A stretch of DNA of 63,241 nt, filler included, from Thraustochytrium aureum (taxonomy: Eukaryota), in assembly GCA_012862495.1 (NCBI GenBank). It is 7 parts of 5 records of this genome, joined end to end, with 100 filler letters (N's around TTAATTAATTAA, not from the genome) between each part and the next. Parts side by side here need not be neighbours in the genome. Positions count along the whole stretch, not along the records: positions 1 to 12,880 come from BLSG01000314.1; 6 more parts are not named here. One strand, 5' to 3'. Positions 1 to 11,772 of the stretch are shown one piece after another (position 1 is the first letter of the stretch; each line of letters begins with the position of its first letter). The position numbers were made by a program, and so were the translations under genes. The notes beneath the pieces were generated by a model. The model was not told where the DNA came from. It was given only the letters and a program-made list of their open reading frames with translations, and ran no database searches.

Positions 1-748
1 GTGCCTTGGTCGTCTCCTGGCTGTCCGGGCTGGTTGACATGGCCTTAACCAGGGCTACCGTCTGCTCCTCGACTTGCTTATTGATGAAGATCATGGAGAC
101 CATGTATATGACAAGCGACACGTTGCGCACGACGAGGAGGATCCGCATGGGCGACTCGTCGGGCTCGACGCGGCCAATCGCCAAGCCCGTGAAGGCCGTG
201 GCCGTCGTCACCATTGTGTACGTCCCCAGCGCAGACAGGTATCGGGACTTCATGAAAAACAAGACGGCCTTTAGCTGTTGCGGCTTGATGCCACTTCCCT
301 TGGCAACCAACTCGAACGACCGGAGCTCATGGATCAAAGTCCCCAAGAAGCCAGAGGACCCCTGCATGACAAAGCATATCGACGGAAGGACGTGGACGCC
401 AACTTGGCGCGCATCCACCTGTGCGACCTTGAGCAGGCAGTACGCCGTCATGGCCGGGATGTTGAGCAGCAAACCAGTGGCGAGAAGTTGGAGGCTGGGG
501 AAGTCGTACCACCTGAGCTTCTTGCCCTTGCGCGCAAGCTTGGCGCGCGAGCGCTTGAAGGCTGCGATTTGGAGCTTGGTGGCCTTGATGTGCTTGATGG
601 TTATCAAGATCGTGCCCAATAGCGCGATCGAGAAGACGACCCTCTCGGCAAAGGTGTTGATCGGGCAGTCATACCCGTCAAAGTTGAGAACATCCGACTT
701 GCCGCTGAAGGGTGCTTGGCACTCGGTGAAGTGCGTCTTGTTGGTCAT
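1..748 (-). CDS. Multi-pass membrane protein (7TM-like), 3' end runs off window
   Basis: My own minus-strand translation from ATG 748 (MTNKTHFTECQAPFSGKSDVLNFDGYDCPINTFAERVVFSIALLGTILITIKH...) is open to position 1 and has about 5 hydrophobic segments after a short N-terminus with two Cys. It is absent from the ORF track because no stop lies in the window. Confidence 0.6.
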   Translation of the reverse strand, partial: MTNKTHFTECQAPFSGKSDVLNFDGYDCPINTFAERVVFSIALLGTILITIKHIKATKLQIAAFKRSRAKLARKGKKLRWYDFPSLQLLATGLLLNIPAMTAYCLLKVAQVDARQVGVHVLPSICFVMQGSSGFLGTLIHELRSFELVAKGSGIKPQQLKAVLFFMKSRYLSALGTYTMVTTATAFTGLAIGRVEPDESPMRILLVVRNVSLVIYMVSMIFINKQVEEQTVALVKAMSTSPDSQETTKA

Positions 749-1894
749 TTCCTCTCCGTCCTCCGCCCACCGCGCTCCAAACGAAGGGCACCGCCAGCCT
801 CGCCACGCGGACTTGGACGCACAAGCAGCCTCGCCTGCGCACTAGTTCGCTGCTCCTGGTTGCCTCGATGGACGGCCGCAGCTCGTTGTCGTAGAGCGGA
901 TATGAAACGGGTCTGACTGACCAGAGCCGGGGCTGTCTGTTTGCAGTCGCTCTGCTCTTTCTCACGTAGGTACCAGGTGCGCTGGTTGGAGTGCGCGTGA
1001 GTTAGTGGCGCCTTTTTATTTCAAGCCCTGTGATGGCGAAGGGCAGAACATAGGCTTTGAGTTCATCGCACCGGTTCTGAATTGTGTAAAGCCGCTCTCC
1101 GCCAGCTTCAGCGAGTTGAGAGGCGAGTTCCGTCAGACGCAGGTGGATCGGGGGCGGAACAAAGGCTCCCAAAAGCAACTAGTGAGTAGAGTTTCACCAA
1201 AACTCAACAGCATAACACACTTTGGAGCGATCTTGAGCCCCAACGCGAAGCCAAATCTGTGGCTTGCTGCGACACCGGCAGCCTCCTGAAAAAACCTGAA
1301 GCAGCCCCAGGCGATAGAGCTCTCGGGGTGCGCCAGTCGCCCGATCCAACGGACATCGCTCGTGCCCGCCAACGGCGCTGCCGACACTTGACAACGGCTA
1401 CAGAAACCTTCCTTGCTCGCCGCGAACATCGTAGCTTCTCTTGAAAATCAAAACTGCTCCTCGAGTGCACACCCTCGCGGTGCAAATAGATCATCGCTTG
1501 CCACATGATTTTGCGTGCGCGCGCCACGGCGGGCGGCCGGATCCTGCGTCTGACCAGCGGGCCAACTCGGGCAGCCGAGCGCGCCTTCGGGGCTTGCGCC
1601 TTTCGCCGCCGAGAGCCAACGAGGAGGAGTGCACTCGGCACTCACTGACTCGGCGCGCAGAACAGACTCCTCTTTCTTCACGATGAGGAACAATGCCCGA
1701 AAGTGCAACTCGCAGGCCGCAACCATCATCATCAGCATCATCAACCCACAACCCACCGAAGCGCTCGCAGCAGACCGGGTAGGAGCAGAGCGGCGGCGGC
1801 GCGAGCGTTTGAACGCGGTCTCTGGGGCGAGCTCGGCAACTGCGAGGACCGGCCTGCCGCGCCTGGCACGCTCGGGTGCGCCAGGTTGCACACG

Positions 1895-2944
1895 ATGTTT
1901 TCGCTCAAGCGGCTCTCGGTGGGCAAGGCCAGCAAGAAGACCTCGGTGAGGAAGAGCTCAGCGAAGGGCGGGGCGGATGGGCCGAGCGAGCTCGACCAAC
2001 TGCGCGAGCTGAGCGTCGTGGTGGCCGACACGGGTGACTTTGCGCAGCTGGCCAAGTTTGAGCCAGAGGACTCCACCACCAACCCGAGCTTGATCTACGC
2101 CGCGGCGCAAATGCCAGAATACAAGGGCCTCGTCGAAGACGCCATCCAGTATGGCAAAGACCAGGACTGCGAGAGCGAGAAAGAGCGCCTGGCGATCGTC
2201 ATGGACAAGCTCGCGGTAAACTTTGGCCTGGAGATCCTCAAGGTTGTTTCCGGCCTTGTGTCGACCGAGGTGGACGCGCGACTGAGCTTTGACACCGCTG
2301 CCACCGTCGCGCGCGCGAAGCGCATCATCGACATGTACGAGGCAGAGGGCGTCCCACGTGAGCGCATCCTGGTCAAGATCGCCTCCACTTGGGAGGGCAT
2401 CGTCGCTGCCAAGGAGCTCAAGAAAGATGGGATCAACTGCAACCTGACGCTCTTGTTCTCGTTCTGTCAAGCGGTGGCCTGCGCGGAGGCCGGGGTCAAG
2501 CTGATCTCTCCGTTTGTGGGACGGATCCGCGACTGGTACCAAAAGGAGACCGGTAAGACTTATGAGGCTTCGGAGGACCCCGGCGTGTTGAGCGTGACCC
2601 AGATCTACAACTACTACAAAAAGTACGGCTACGACACGGTGGTGATGGGCGCCAGTTTCCGCAGCAAGGAGGAGATCCTCGAGCTTGCTGGCTGTGACAA
2701 GCTCACGATCGCGCCCAAGCTGCTCGAGGCGCTGCAGGCGGGCCGCTCCACCGTTGTCCGCAAACTTGACGCCGCCAAGGCTGCCGAGGCGGATGTCGGC
2801 CCCAAGCTGGAGCTTGACGAGCAAGCGTTTCGCTGGATGCTCAACGAGGACCAGATGGCCACAAACAAGCTCTCCGAGGGCATCAAGAACTTTGCCGCCG
2901 ACCTCGTCAAGCTCGAGGGCGTCATTCAGGGAATGATGCAGTAG
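1895..2944 (+). CDS. TALDO1: Transaldolase (TalA/B type)
   Basis: [37 protein letters not shown] (Schiff-base Lys), [17 protein letters not shown] and VMGASFR motifs. First ATG is at 1895, followed by a Lys/Ser-rich extension. Confidence 0.96.
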   Translation: MFSLKRLSVGKASKKTSVRKSSAKGGADGPSELDQLRELSVVVADTGDFAQLAKFEPEDSTTNPSLIYAAAQMPEYKGLVEDAIQYGKDQDCESEKERLAIVMDKLAVNFGLEILKVVSGLVSTEVDARLSFDTAATVARAKRIIDMYEAEGVPRERILVKIASTWEGIVAAKELKKDGINCNLTLLFSFCQAVACAEAGVKLISPFVGRIRDWYQKETGKTYEASEDPGVLSVTQIYNYYKKYGYDTVVMGASFRSKEEILELAGCDKLTIAPKLLEALQAGRSTVVRKLDAAKAAEADVGPKLELDEQAFRWMLNEDQMATNKLSEGIKNFAADLVKLEGVIQGMMQ

Positions 2945-3332
2945 CCGCGCCGAAAGGCCAGTTCAGGTACAGCGAGCCAGGTTGAGCTCGACGCGACAGG
3001 TTCCTCTGAGCAGATTGGCGCGAAAAGGTGGAGGAATCATTGAGCATTAGTGGAGTACGTACAAAAGCGAAGCAGGTCACATCATGTTCTGACTTTATGT
3101 TTTTTGTTGTCGCCGACTTGTCGGCCTTCGCTGGCAGGGCTTGCCCGCAAACGAAAAAAGGACTGTGCGAAAAGCCATCGGCGGAAAGGAAAAGCAGTGG
3201 ACATTGCTTTTTAAAACATGGGACCGACCAACGCGCGGTCGCCGCCGCGCGCAACGCGCCGCATTTCAGCTACGCTACGCTAGTCCTGTCTTCGTAGTAG
3301 TTTTCACTTGGTCAGCCTGTGCCCGTGCCCGC

Positions 3333-5409
3333 TCAGAAGCGGTCCACGAGCCACTGCGCCTTGCCGCCGAGGCGCTGCACCGCGAGGCGCGCCTTGGCGG
3401 CGAGGTTTTCTTTCGTAAAGCCGAAGAGCTCGAAGAGCTCGGGCCCGGGCCCAGACTTGCCGTAGCCTTCCATGGCGACCTGGGTGTGCGCGTACTTGTG
3501 CCAGCCGAGCGGCCCTGCCGCCTCCGCAGAGACGACAGGAACGCCCTCGAGGAAGACCGACTTTTGGTATTCGAGTGGCTGCTCGTCGAAGAGCTTCATG
3601 CAGGGCATCGAGACCACCGTGGCCACGAGGCCCTCCGCCGCCAACAGCTCGGCCGCCTCGATGGCGATCGCGACCTCCGAGCCGGTGGCCACGAAAGTGA
3701 CGTCAGGGACCCCCTCTGCGGGGTGCACGATGTAGGCGCCGAGCGCGACCTTGTCCACGCCCGAGTGCTCCAGGTTGGGAAGCGCCTGACGAGTGAGCGC
3801 AAACACGGATGGTGCATTGGACATGTTGAGGGCCGCCTTGTACGAGCCAGCCACCTCGTTCGAGTCGGCCGGGCGAAACACGTACATGTTGGGCATGGAG
3901 CGCAGCGTTGCGAGCATGCCGATCGGCTGGTGGGTCGGCCCGTCCTCGCCGAGCCCGATCGAGTCGTGCGTCATCACGTAGAGAACGCGAAACCCAGAGA
4001 GCGCGGAGAGGCGCATGGCCCCGAGCGCGTAGCCGGCAAAGTTGAGGAACGTGGCGCCGAAGGGCACAAAGCCGCCGTATGCAGCGATCCCGTTGCAAAT
4101 CGCGGCCATGCCGTGCTCGCGCACTCCGAAGCGAAAGTAGCGGCCGTCCGGCGAGGCGGCCTGAAAGTCGTGCGAGCTCTCGATCTCGGTCAAGTTGGAG
4201 CTCGTCAGGTCGGCGCTTCCGCCCACCATGTCCGGGATCGCCTCCGCGCAGACGTTGAGCACGAGCGACGAGCTCTGGCGCGTCGCGAGGCTCTTGTCGG
4301 CGGGTGTGAACGAGGGCAGCGCGTCCTGCCAGCCTTCGGGGAGCTCGCCGCGCATGCGGCGCTCGAGCTCGGCAGCCTTGGCCGGGAACGCAGCGCGGTA
4401 GGCGGCCAGCTTGGCTTGCCAGGCCTCGACGAGCGAGTCGCCGCGCGCCTTGAGCGAGCCAAGGTGCGCTACGACCTTGGGGTCCACCTCAAAGTGGGCG
4501 TCAGGGTCCATGCCAAAGACGCGGCGGACGTTCTTGATGTCATCCCACCCGAGGGGGGCGCCGTGCACTTTGGCGGTCCCTGCCTTGGCCGCGCCAAACC
4601 CGATGGTCGTGCGAACCTTGATGATAGAGGGCTTGTCTGCGCAGGCTTTGGCGCGCTCGACCGCAGCCACGATCGTCGAGACGTCCGTCGCGTCTCCGTC
4701 CGAAACCTGCTGAACGTGCCACCCGTAGGACTCAAACCGCTTGAGGACGTCCTCGGTGAACGACACGTCGGTGTTGCCGTCGATGGTGATCCTGTTGTCG
4801 TCGTAGAGGACGATCAGCTTGCCGAGCTTGAGGTGGCCAGCCAGCGAGCAGGCCTCGGAGGCGACGCCTTCTTGAAGGCAGCCGTCGCCACAGATGACAT
4901 ACGTAAAGTTGTCGAGCAGCTCGTGGCCAGGCTCGTTGAAGCGGGCTGCGAGGTGGGCCTGCGCCGCGGCCAGACCGACCGCGTTGGAGATTCCCTGACC
5001 GAGGGGCCCAGTGGAGACTTCGACGCCCTCGAGGAGGTGGTTCTCGGGGTGTCCGGCCGTTACGCTGTCGATCTGGCGAAACAGCTTGATGTCCGCCATC
5101 GTGGGCCGCTCGTACCCGGTCAGGTGCAACATCGAGTACAGCAGCGCGCAGGCGTGCCCGTTCGAGAGCACGAACCGGTCGCGGTTGAACCAACGCGGGT
5201 TGCCGGGCGCGAACTGCATCACTTTGGCGAACAGCGCATACGCCATCGGTGCGCACCCGAGGGGCGCGCCTGGGTGGCCCGAGTTTGCTTGCTGGACCAT
5301 TTCGACGCTCAGCACGCGGATCGCGTTGACGCTCGCGGCGTCCATCGCCAGCTGCGCAGCATCTACGCTCTTGCTCTTGGCGCTCGATTTCGGCTCCTTT
5401 GCGGTCTTG
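3333..5409 (-). CDS. TKT: Transketolase (5' end possibly in gap; in-frame ATG at 5345)
   Basis: SGHPGAPLG, DRFVLSNGH, STGPLGQG, TPP-binding GDGCLQEG..., FGVREHGM and THDSIGLGEDGPTHQP motifs. Confidence 0.96.
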
Positions 5410-6317
5410 NNNNNNNNNNNNNNNNNNNNNNNNNNNNNNNNNNNNNNNNNNNNNNNNNNNNNNNNNNNNNNNNNNNNNNNNNNNNNNNNNNNNNNNNNNN
5501 NNNNNNNNNNNNNNNNNNNNNNNNNNNNNNNNNNNNNNNNNNNNNNNNNNNNNNNNNNNNNNNNNNNNNNNNNNNNNNNNNNNNNNNNNNNNNNNNNNNN
5601 NNNNNNNNNNNNNNNNNNNNNNNNNNNNNNNNNNNNNNNNNNNNNNNNNNNNNNNNNNNNNNNNNNNNNNNNNNNNNNNNNNNNNNNNNNNNNNNNNNNN
5701 NNNNNNNNNNNNNNNNNNNNNNNNNNNNNNNNNNNNNNNNNNNNNNNNNNNNNNNNNNNNNNNNNNNNNNNNNNNNNNNNNNNNNNNNNNNNNNNNNNNN
5801 NNNNNNNNNNNNNNNNNNNNNNNNNNNNNNNNNNNNNNNNNNNNNNNNNNNNNNNNNNNNNNNNNNNNNNNNNNNNNNNNNNNNNNNNNNNNNNNNNNNN
5901 NNNNNNNNNNNNNNNNNNNNNNNNNNNNNNNNNNNNNNNNNNNNNNNNNNNNNNNNNNNNNNNNNNNNNNNNNNNNNNNNNNNNNNNNNNNNNNNNNNNN
6001 NNNNNNNNNNNNNNNNNNNNNNNNNNNNNNNNNNNNNNNTGAGGAGTGAGTGAGCGAGTGTCCATCGAAGAGCGTGCCTGTCCGAGAGTCCAGGCAGACC
6101 CGAGAGTGTAGCGAGGGCGCGCAGGCCGCCAGCGCATCGAGCGAGCGTGTGGAAGTAGCAGGCGAACCGCAGGGAGAGCAGGCGGGCCCAGCCCCGCGCA
6201 GGGACCGAGGTCGCGAGCGAGGCTTCGTTTCAGCGCCGTGGCCGCCTGCGGCCTGCACCAAAAACACCACCACGACCACCTCAGCTGGACGCGCGAGCGA
6301 AACACGAAGCGCGGACG

Positions 6318-6350
<33 letters not shown>

Positions 6351-6362
6351 TGGCTTGCAAGA

Positions 6363-7248
6363 ATGTTTGGCAGCGAGCAGGCATTTGGTGAGCTGAGCAT
6401 CGGCGACGGCGAGTTTTTCCCGGCTTACTCGGACGACGCGTCGCACCACTATGGCGGCCCTGCTGGCGGCGACGACTTTTTGGGGATCCTCGACGATGTC
6501 TCTGCCGAGGCAGACTTTGCCATGATGGACACGCATTCTGCTTTTCCGGGCGACTTTGGGACCGGGTACCCGATGCAGCCGCCCGTACCAATGGGCGGGA
6601 TGCCGCAGTATCACCAGCAGTCGATGATGCCGCCGATGAGCCACATGCCGCCCCCCATGGCACCGCCGCAACACCAGCATGCTGCCGTCCCCGGCGCAGC
6701 GACAGTGGCGGCGGCGAGCGCGTCTCAAGCGAAGCGGCGCGGACGCCCCCCGAAGGCCAAGCCTGCCGCCGCTCCTGTCAGCATCGCGCCGCAACCGATG
6801 ATGCCACAGCACGGACGTCAAATGCACCCGCACTCTCACATGCAGCATCACATGCAGCACCAGCCGATGGCCCGCCCCCTCAGCACCATACACAGATGCA
6901 CCAGATGCAGCAGCAAAAAATGCAGCAGCACCAAATGATGCATCAGCAACACCAGGCGCACATGGCGCCGCCGCCTCAGCAGTCCATCCCCCGCGCCCCG
7001 GCGCAGTCGCCAGCTGCCGCCTCGTCGCGGAGCCCGCTGGCCGCATCGCCCGTCGCTGCGGCTGCCGCCGCCGCTGCGGCGGCAACGGCCCCTGCCGAGC
7101 TCGGGCCTGACGGCAAGCCCAAGCCCAAGCCCCGGCGCCGCCAAAAGCTGACCCCCGAGGAACCGAGAGGCCCGCAAGAAGCAGCGCCTCGTGCAACGGA
7201 GGCTGCGCAAGTCTGCCCGCGAGAAGGAGCGCCGTAGCCTGGAAAACG
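6363..7248 (+). CDS. Probable transcription factor: Q/P/M/H-rich region, AT-hook and basic (bHLH-like) region; truncated by gap, two frameshifts
   Basis: KRRGRPPKAK AT-hook. Stitching frames (shifts near 6880 and 7162) gives ...RKKQRLVQRRLRKSAREKERRSLEN, which resembles the bHLH E-x-x-R-R-x3-N basic motif. Confidence 0.55.
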
Positions 7249-8039
7249 NNNNNNNNNNNNNNNNNNNNNNNNNNNNNNNNNNNNNNNNNNNNNNNNNNNN
7301 NNNNNNNNNNNNNNNNNNNNNNNNNNNNNNNNNNNNNNNNNNNNNNNNNNNNNNNNNNNNNNNNNNNNNNNNNNNNNNNNNNNNNNNNNNNNNNNNNNNN
7401 NNNNNNNNNNNNNNNNNNNNNNNNNNNNNNNNNNNNNNNNNNNNNNNNNNNNNNNNNNNNNNNNNNNNNNNNNNNNNNNNNNNNNNNNNNNNNNNNNNNN
7501 NNNNNNNNNNNNNNNNNNNNNNNNNNNNNNNNNNNNNNNNNNNNNNNNNNNNNNNNNNNNNNNNNNNNNNNNNNNNNNNNNNNNNNNNNNNNNNNNNNNN
7601 NNNNNNNNNNNNNNNNNNNNNNNNNNNNNNNNNNNNNNNNNNNNNNNNNNNNNNNNNNNNNNNNNNNNNNNNNNNNNNNNNNNNNNNNNNNNNNNNNNNN
7701 NNNNNNNNNNNNNNNNNNNNNNNNNNNNNNNNNNNNNNNNNNNNNNNNNNNNNNNNNNNNNNNNNNNNNNNNNNNNNNNNNNNNNNNNNNNNNNNNNNNN
7801 NNNNNNNNNNNNNNNNNNNNNNNNNNNNNNNNNNNNNNNNNNNNNNNNNNNNNNNNNNNNNNNNNNNNNNNNNNNNNNNNNNNNNNNNNNNNNNNNNNNN
7901 NNNNNNNNNNNNNNNNNNNNNNNNNNNNNNNNNNNNNNNNNNNNNNNNNNNNNNNNNNNNNNNNNNNNNNNNNNNNNNNNNNNNNNNNNNNNNNNNNNNN
8001 NNNNNNNNNNNNNNNNNNNNNNNNNNNNNNNNNNNNNNN

Positions 8040-8914
8040 ACGCCTTGCTGTGCCAGCCAGCGAGGCACGGCGCGTTGGCGCTCGGTAGGGTGCATGCGCT
8101 GGCTGAGCGGCTGTCGAGCCGCGAGGCGCTCGCCACGCTGGCTCTGCGGTGCTCGCTTCGCCTGCGGCTCTACCTGCCAGAGCTCTACGGGTACAGCCTG
8201 ATCCAACCTGTCGACTACGACGCAGGGCGCACGTACGACCTCGCCCTCGCCTCCAGCTTGCGCTGCGCCGCCGCGCGCATGCTCGAGTCTGCCTTCGACG
8301 ACGGCGAGTGGACGGTCCTCGTCAGCAGCGGCTTGCGCCACGTTTCCTGCGGCAGCAAGGACCAGGTTTTGCAATTCCAATCCCCGTACAAGACGTATTG
8401 GATGCATGCCAAGGTCGCCTTTGCAAACGCCCGGCGCGAGTACGAGGAGAGGTCTGGCGAGGACCGCCTGCTGAGCCTCAACGCGCGGCCGTTTTGCTAC
8501 GTGGACGACTGCTCATACTTTGTAGGCGAGCAGAGCGCGCTCCAGGTGCAGATGTCCGAGCTGGAGGGGCTCCAGCACGTGTCAAACGCGCAAGTGCTGC
8601 TCGCCGCCAGCAGGGCAGCTGCCGCTGTCACGGGAACGCGGACGGCCTGGGTGGCTGCAGGTGTCGAGGCAGGCCCCGAGGGCCGCGTCGCGCTTGACCC
8701 GGCAGGCGGGCCTATCCGCGTGTTCTACCTGGTCAACAGCTCGAGCAAGAGCAGCAAGGTCCGGATAGACAAGGTGGGCGTCGCGGTTCACCGCGACGAG
8801 TGGGCTCGCCTCGTTGAGCGAGTCGGCGCAGTAGGCAGCGGCGGCGCAGTAGGCAGCGGCGGCGCAGGAACCGCGCGCGGCCTGGCCATGCTGTCGCCTG
8901 GTGTAAGATTGTAG
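8040..8914 (+). CDS. Hypothetical protein, C-terminal part (5' in gap)
   Basis: About 290 codons open with protein-like composition; no motif recognised. Confidence 0.5.
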
Positions 8915-9111
8915 GTCCTGGGGCAGTACGAGCGGGAGGCCAGCCCTTGCGGCGTCATTGCTCGCGGCTCGGCGAGCAACTCTTTCTTCGGGGGGGGGCG
9001 CGGGTTGTTCAGTTTAGTTTTACATAGTGCAGTGCCGCTTTTTCGGAAGTGCTCATCCACTTTGTGACGGGCAGTCGTCGCAGCGCAGTGGGTGGCAGGG
9101 TTTGAGCCGGA

Positions 9112-9779
9112 TCACGTGGCCGCATCGAACTTGGCAAGCGCATGTCCAGCCGCAGACGAGGAAATCGCCTTGACCGACTCGGCGCGCAGCGCGGAGAGCG
9201 AGTTGTCGCTCATGTAGCCTCCCAGCTCGTCGTTGTCAAGAGGCTGATAGAGGCCGCCGTCGCCAGGCAGGCTCGCCAGTTCGTCGTCGTCGTCCTCCTC
9301 ATCCTCCACGTCGTGGAGGGAATAGTCGCGAGGGAGCGGGGCGCGCCTCTGAGCATCAACGCTCAAGAGCGAAGAAGCCCGCTCGAGGCAGCCCCGCAAA
9401 GACTCGCTCATGGCTTGCGAGGACGTGGCGAGCCACTCGACAGCGTTTCGGGGTTCAAATGCGCTGGCAATTGACCCCGCTCGCGAGAGGCCGGTCGAAA
9501 GCGATATCTCGGTCAGGGCTCGCGGGCCGCGCCGTTCGCTCCAAAGACCTCGCTCTCAAGCTCCTCGAGCACAAGATCGGGAAGATCGCCGTCGACAGGC
9601 GCCTGGCCGAACGACTCGATCGTTTTGGACCGCTTGAGCTCAGACCGGTCAAAAGACTTGGCGCGTCGCTTCAACGGGTTTGCGGCATTGCACACCCCAG
9701 AGAAGGCCTTCTTGAGCTGCGTGTAGTCCAGCTCGAGGGCTGCGATGGCGGCTTCCTTCTCGCGCAGCGTGGCTTCGAG
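9112..9779 (-). CDS. Hypothetical protein C-terminus (coiled-coil plus acidic tail), frameshifted, 5' in gap
   Basis: LEATLREKEAAIAALELDYTQLKK coiled-coil-like segment, then ORF 9112-9411 with a DEEDDDDE tract. Confidence 0.4.
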
Positions 9780-11772
9780 NNNNNNNNNNNNNNNNNNNNN
9801 NNNNNNNNNNNNNNNNNNNNNNNNNNNNNNNNNNNNNNNNNNNNNNNNNNNNNNNNNNNNNNNNNNNNNNNNNNNNNNNNNNNNNNNNNNNNNNNNNNNN
9901 NNNNNNNNNNNNNNNNNNNNNNNNNNNNNNNNNNNNNNNNNNNNNNNNNNNNNNNNNNNNNNNNNNNNNNNNNNNNNNNNNNNNNNNNNNNNNNNNNNNN
10001 NNNNNNNNNNNNNNNNNNNNNNNNNNNNNNNNNNNNNNNNNNNNNNNNNNNNNNNNNNNNNNNNNNNNNNNNNNNNNNNNNNNNNNNNNNNNNNNNNNNN
10101 NNNNNNNNNNNNNNNNNNNNNNNNNNNNNNNNNNNNNNNNNNNNNNNNNNNNNNNNNNNNNNNNNNNNNNNNNNNNNNNNNNNNNNNNNNNNNNNNNNNN
10201 NNNNNNNNNNNNNNNNNNNNNNNNNNNNNNNNNNNNNNNNNNNNNNNNNNNNNNNNNNNNNNNNNNNNNNNNNNNNNNNNNNNNNNNNNNNNNNNNNNNN
10301 NNNNNNNNNNNNNNNNNNNNNNNNNNNNNNNNNNNNNNNNNNNNNNNNNNNNNNNNNNNNNNNNNNNNNNNNNNNNNNNNNNNNNNNNNNNNNNNNNNNN
10401 NNNNNNNNNNNNNNNNNNNNNNNNNNNNNNNNNNNNNNNNNNNNNNNNNNNNNNNNNNNNNNNNNNNNNNNNNNNNNNNNNNNNNNCACCTGCATTCCTC
10501 CCTCTCCTTCTCCCTCTCTCTTCACATCTCCCTCTCTCTCTCTCAAAAATCTCGATCGATCCCATAAGGGGGTAGGGTGCCCTCAAACTACCCCCAAAGG
10601 GGTACTGGGCAAGTAAGCAGAGGATGTAGCGAGATATTTATCCGGAGGGAAGGTGCGGGGTGGGGCCGGGCGTGCGGGGATCGCCGCGAAGGCCGGGAGA
10701 GGGGAGCTGCGAGGCGCCACTTGGATGCCGTGGCAGCTGTGCTGCTTTTGGGGAGGGAACGCGGTCGCGGTAGAGGCGCCGCAGCTTGGGTTTTTGGTTG
10801 GTTTTTGCCAAATTTTTGGGGTTTTATTCAATCAAATTGAGTTAGAGTTACCCACGCAGGGTGCCCCTTAAGGGAGGCGAGCAAGGGAATTCGAGTGACA
10901 GGCCGCTCTCAGGGCAGAGGGCGGTTCCTGGGCCGTGCAGCTGTAGGGAGTCGCAGAACACGTCGCAGAACAGGGGGAAGAGCTCGGTTTGATCGGTGGG
11001 CGAGGAACGGGTCGGTTTGCTCGTTGTGCGGTGGGAGCCTCCTCCGAGGTGCGAGTCCCCAACGCGCCGGGAGCCACCTTGACGCGCCACAATGCCCCCC
11101 GGCGTGGACGCGCTGAGGCCCTGGCCGGATCAGCTTGCACGGGAACGTGACGTGAGGTTGCCCGCGAGTGAGTCCGACGGGCGGCGCGGGCCGGGGCTCC
11201 TCCTTGCAATGCGACGAGGCCGCTGCTTGCTCCTTGCATGCCGCCTCCGAGTCCTTGCTCGGCCTATTGACGCGTTCCTGGCGCAGCGTTGTTGGGAGGG
11301 AGGCGCTGCAACACTCGCTGTGGGGCAGGTCCTCCTGGAAGTGCGCCGGCGTACTCACTCGTTGACGGTGTCGGATCCTCCTTGGTAGCAGCAGCGGCAT
11401 CGGTCGGTCGACGGGCGGCGCGCACGGATTTGTGGTGCTGAGTCCGAGCAGCTCCCCTGACGGCGGTCCGTCGTCCCTCTGTCGCGAGTGCAAGGAGGCA
11501 ACTCAGGCTTCTCTCAAGTATCGTGCGCTGCCAGCTTTGGGAGCGGCGCCGCCCTCGTCTGGCCGGTTGCCACTCGAGCAACTCGGGTTGCTCTTCTGCA
11601 GTCTCCCAACGTGGAACGCCGCAGACCGGCGCCAGCCAGTTGACGCGGCCAGGCTGCGCGCGTGTTTTGGTTTTTCCCGCTCCTCGACCACCCGCCAGCG
11701 CGTGGGCAAGCTCGAAGAGAGCGGCGTTCTCGACGCGCGCCCGCACGCCTTGCGCGCCCACGACAGTGCACA

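Noticed and set aside
6..845. 279-aa plus-strand ORF and similar long shadow ORFs (1958-2824, 33080-34462, 16501-17466)
   Set aside because: These are antisense shadows of real genes caused by high GC3.
3333..7196. 1287-aa 'giant transketolase' and other ORFs running through N gaps (e.g. 31755-33596, 22511-24958)
   Set aside because: The ORF caller reads through Ns; the upstream parts are antisense to other genes.
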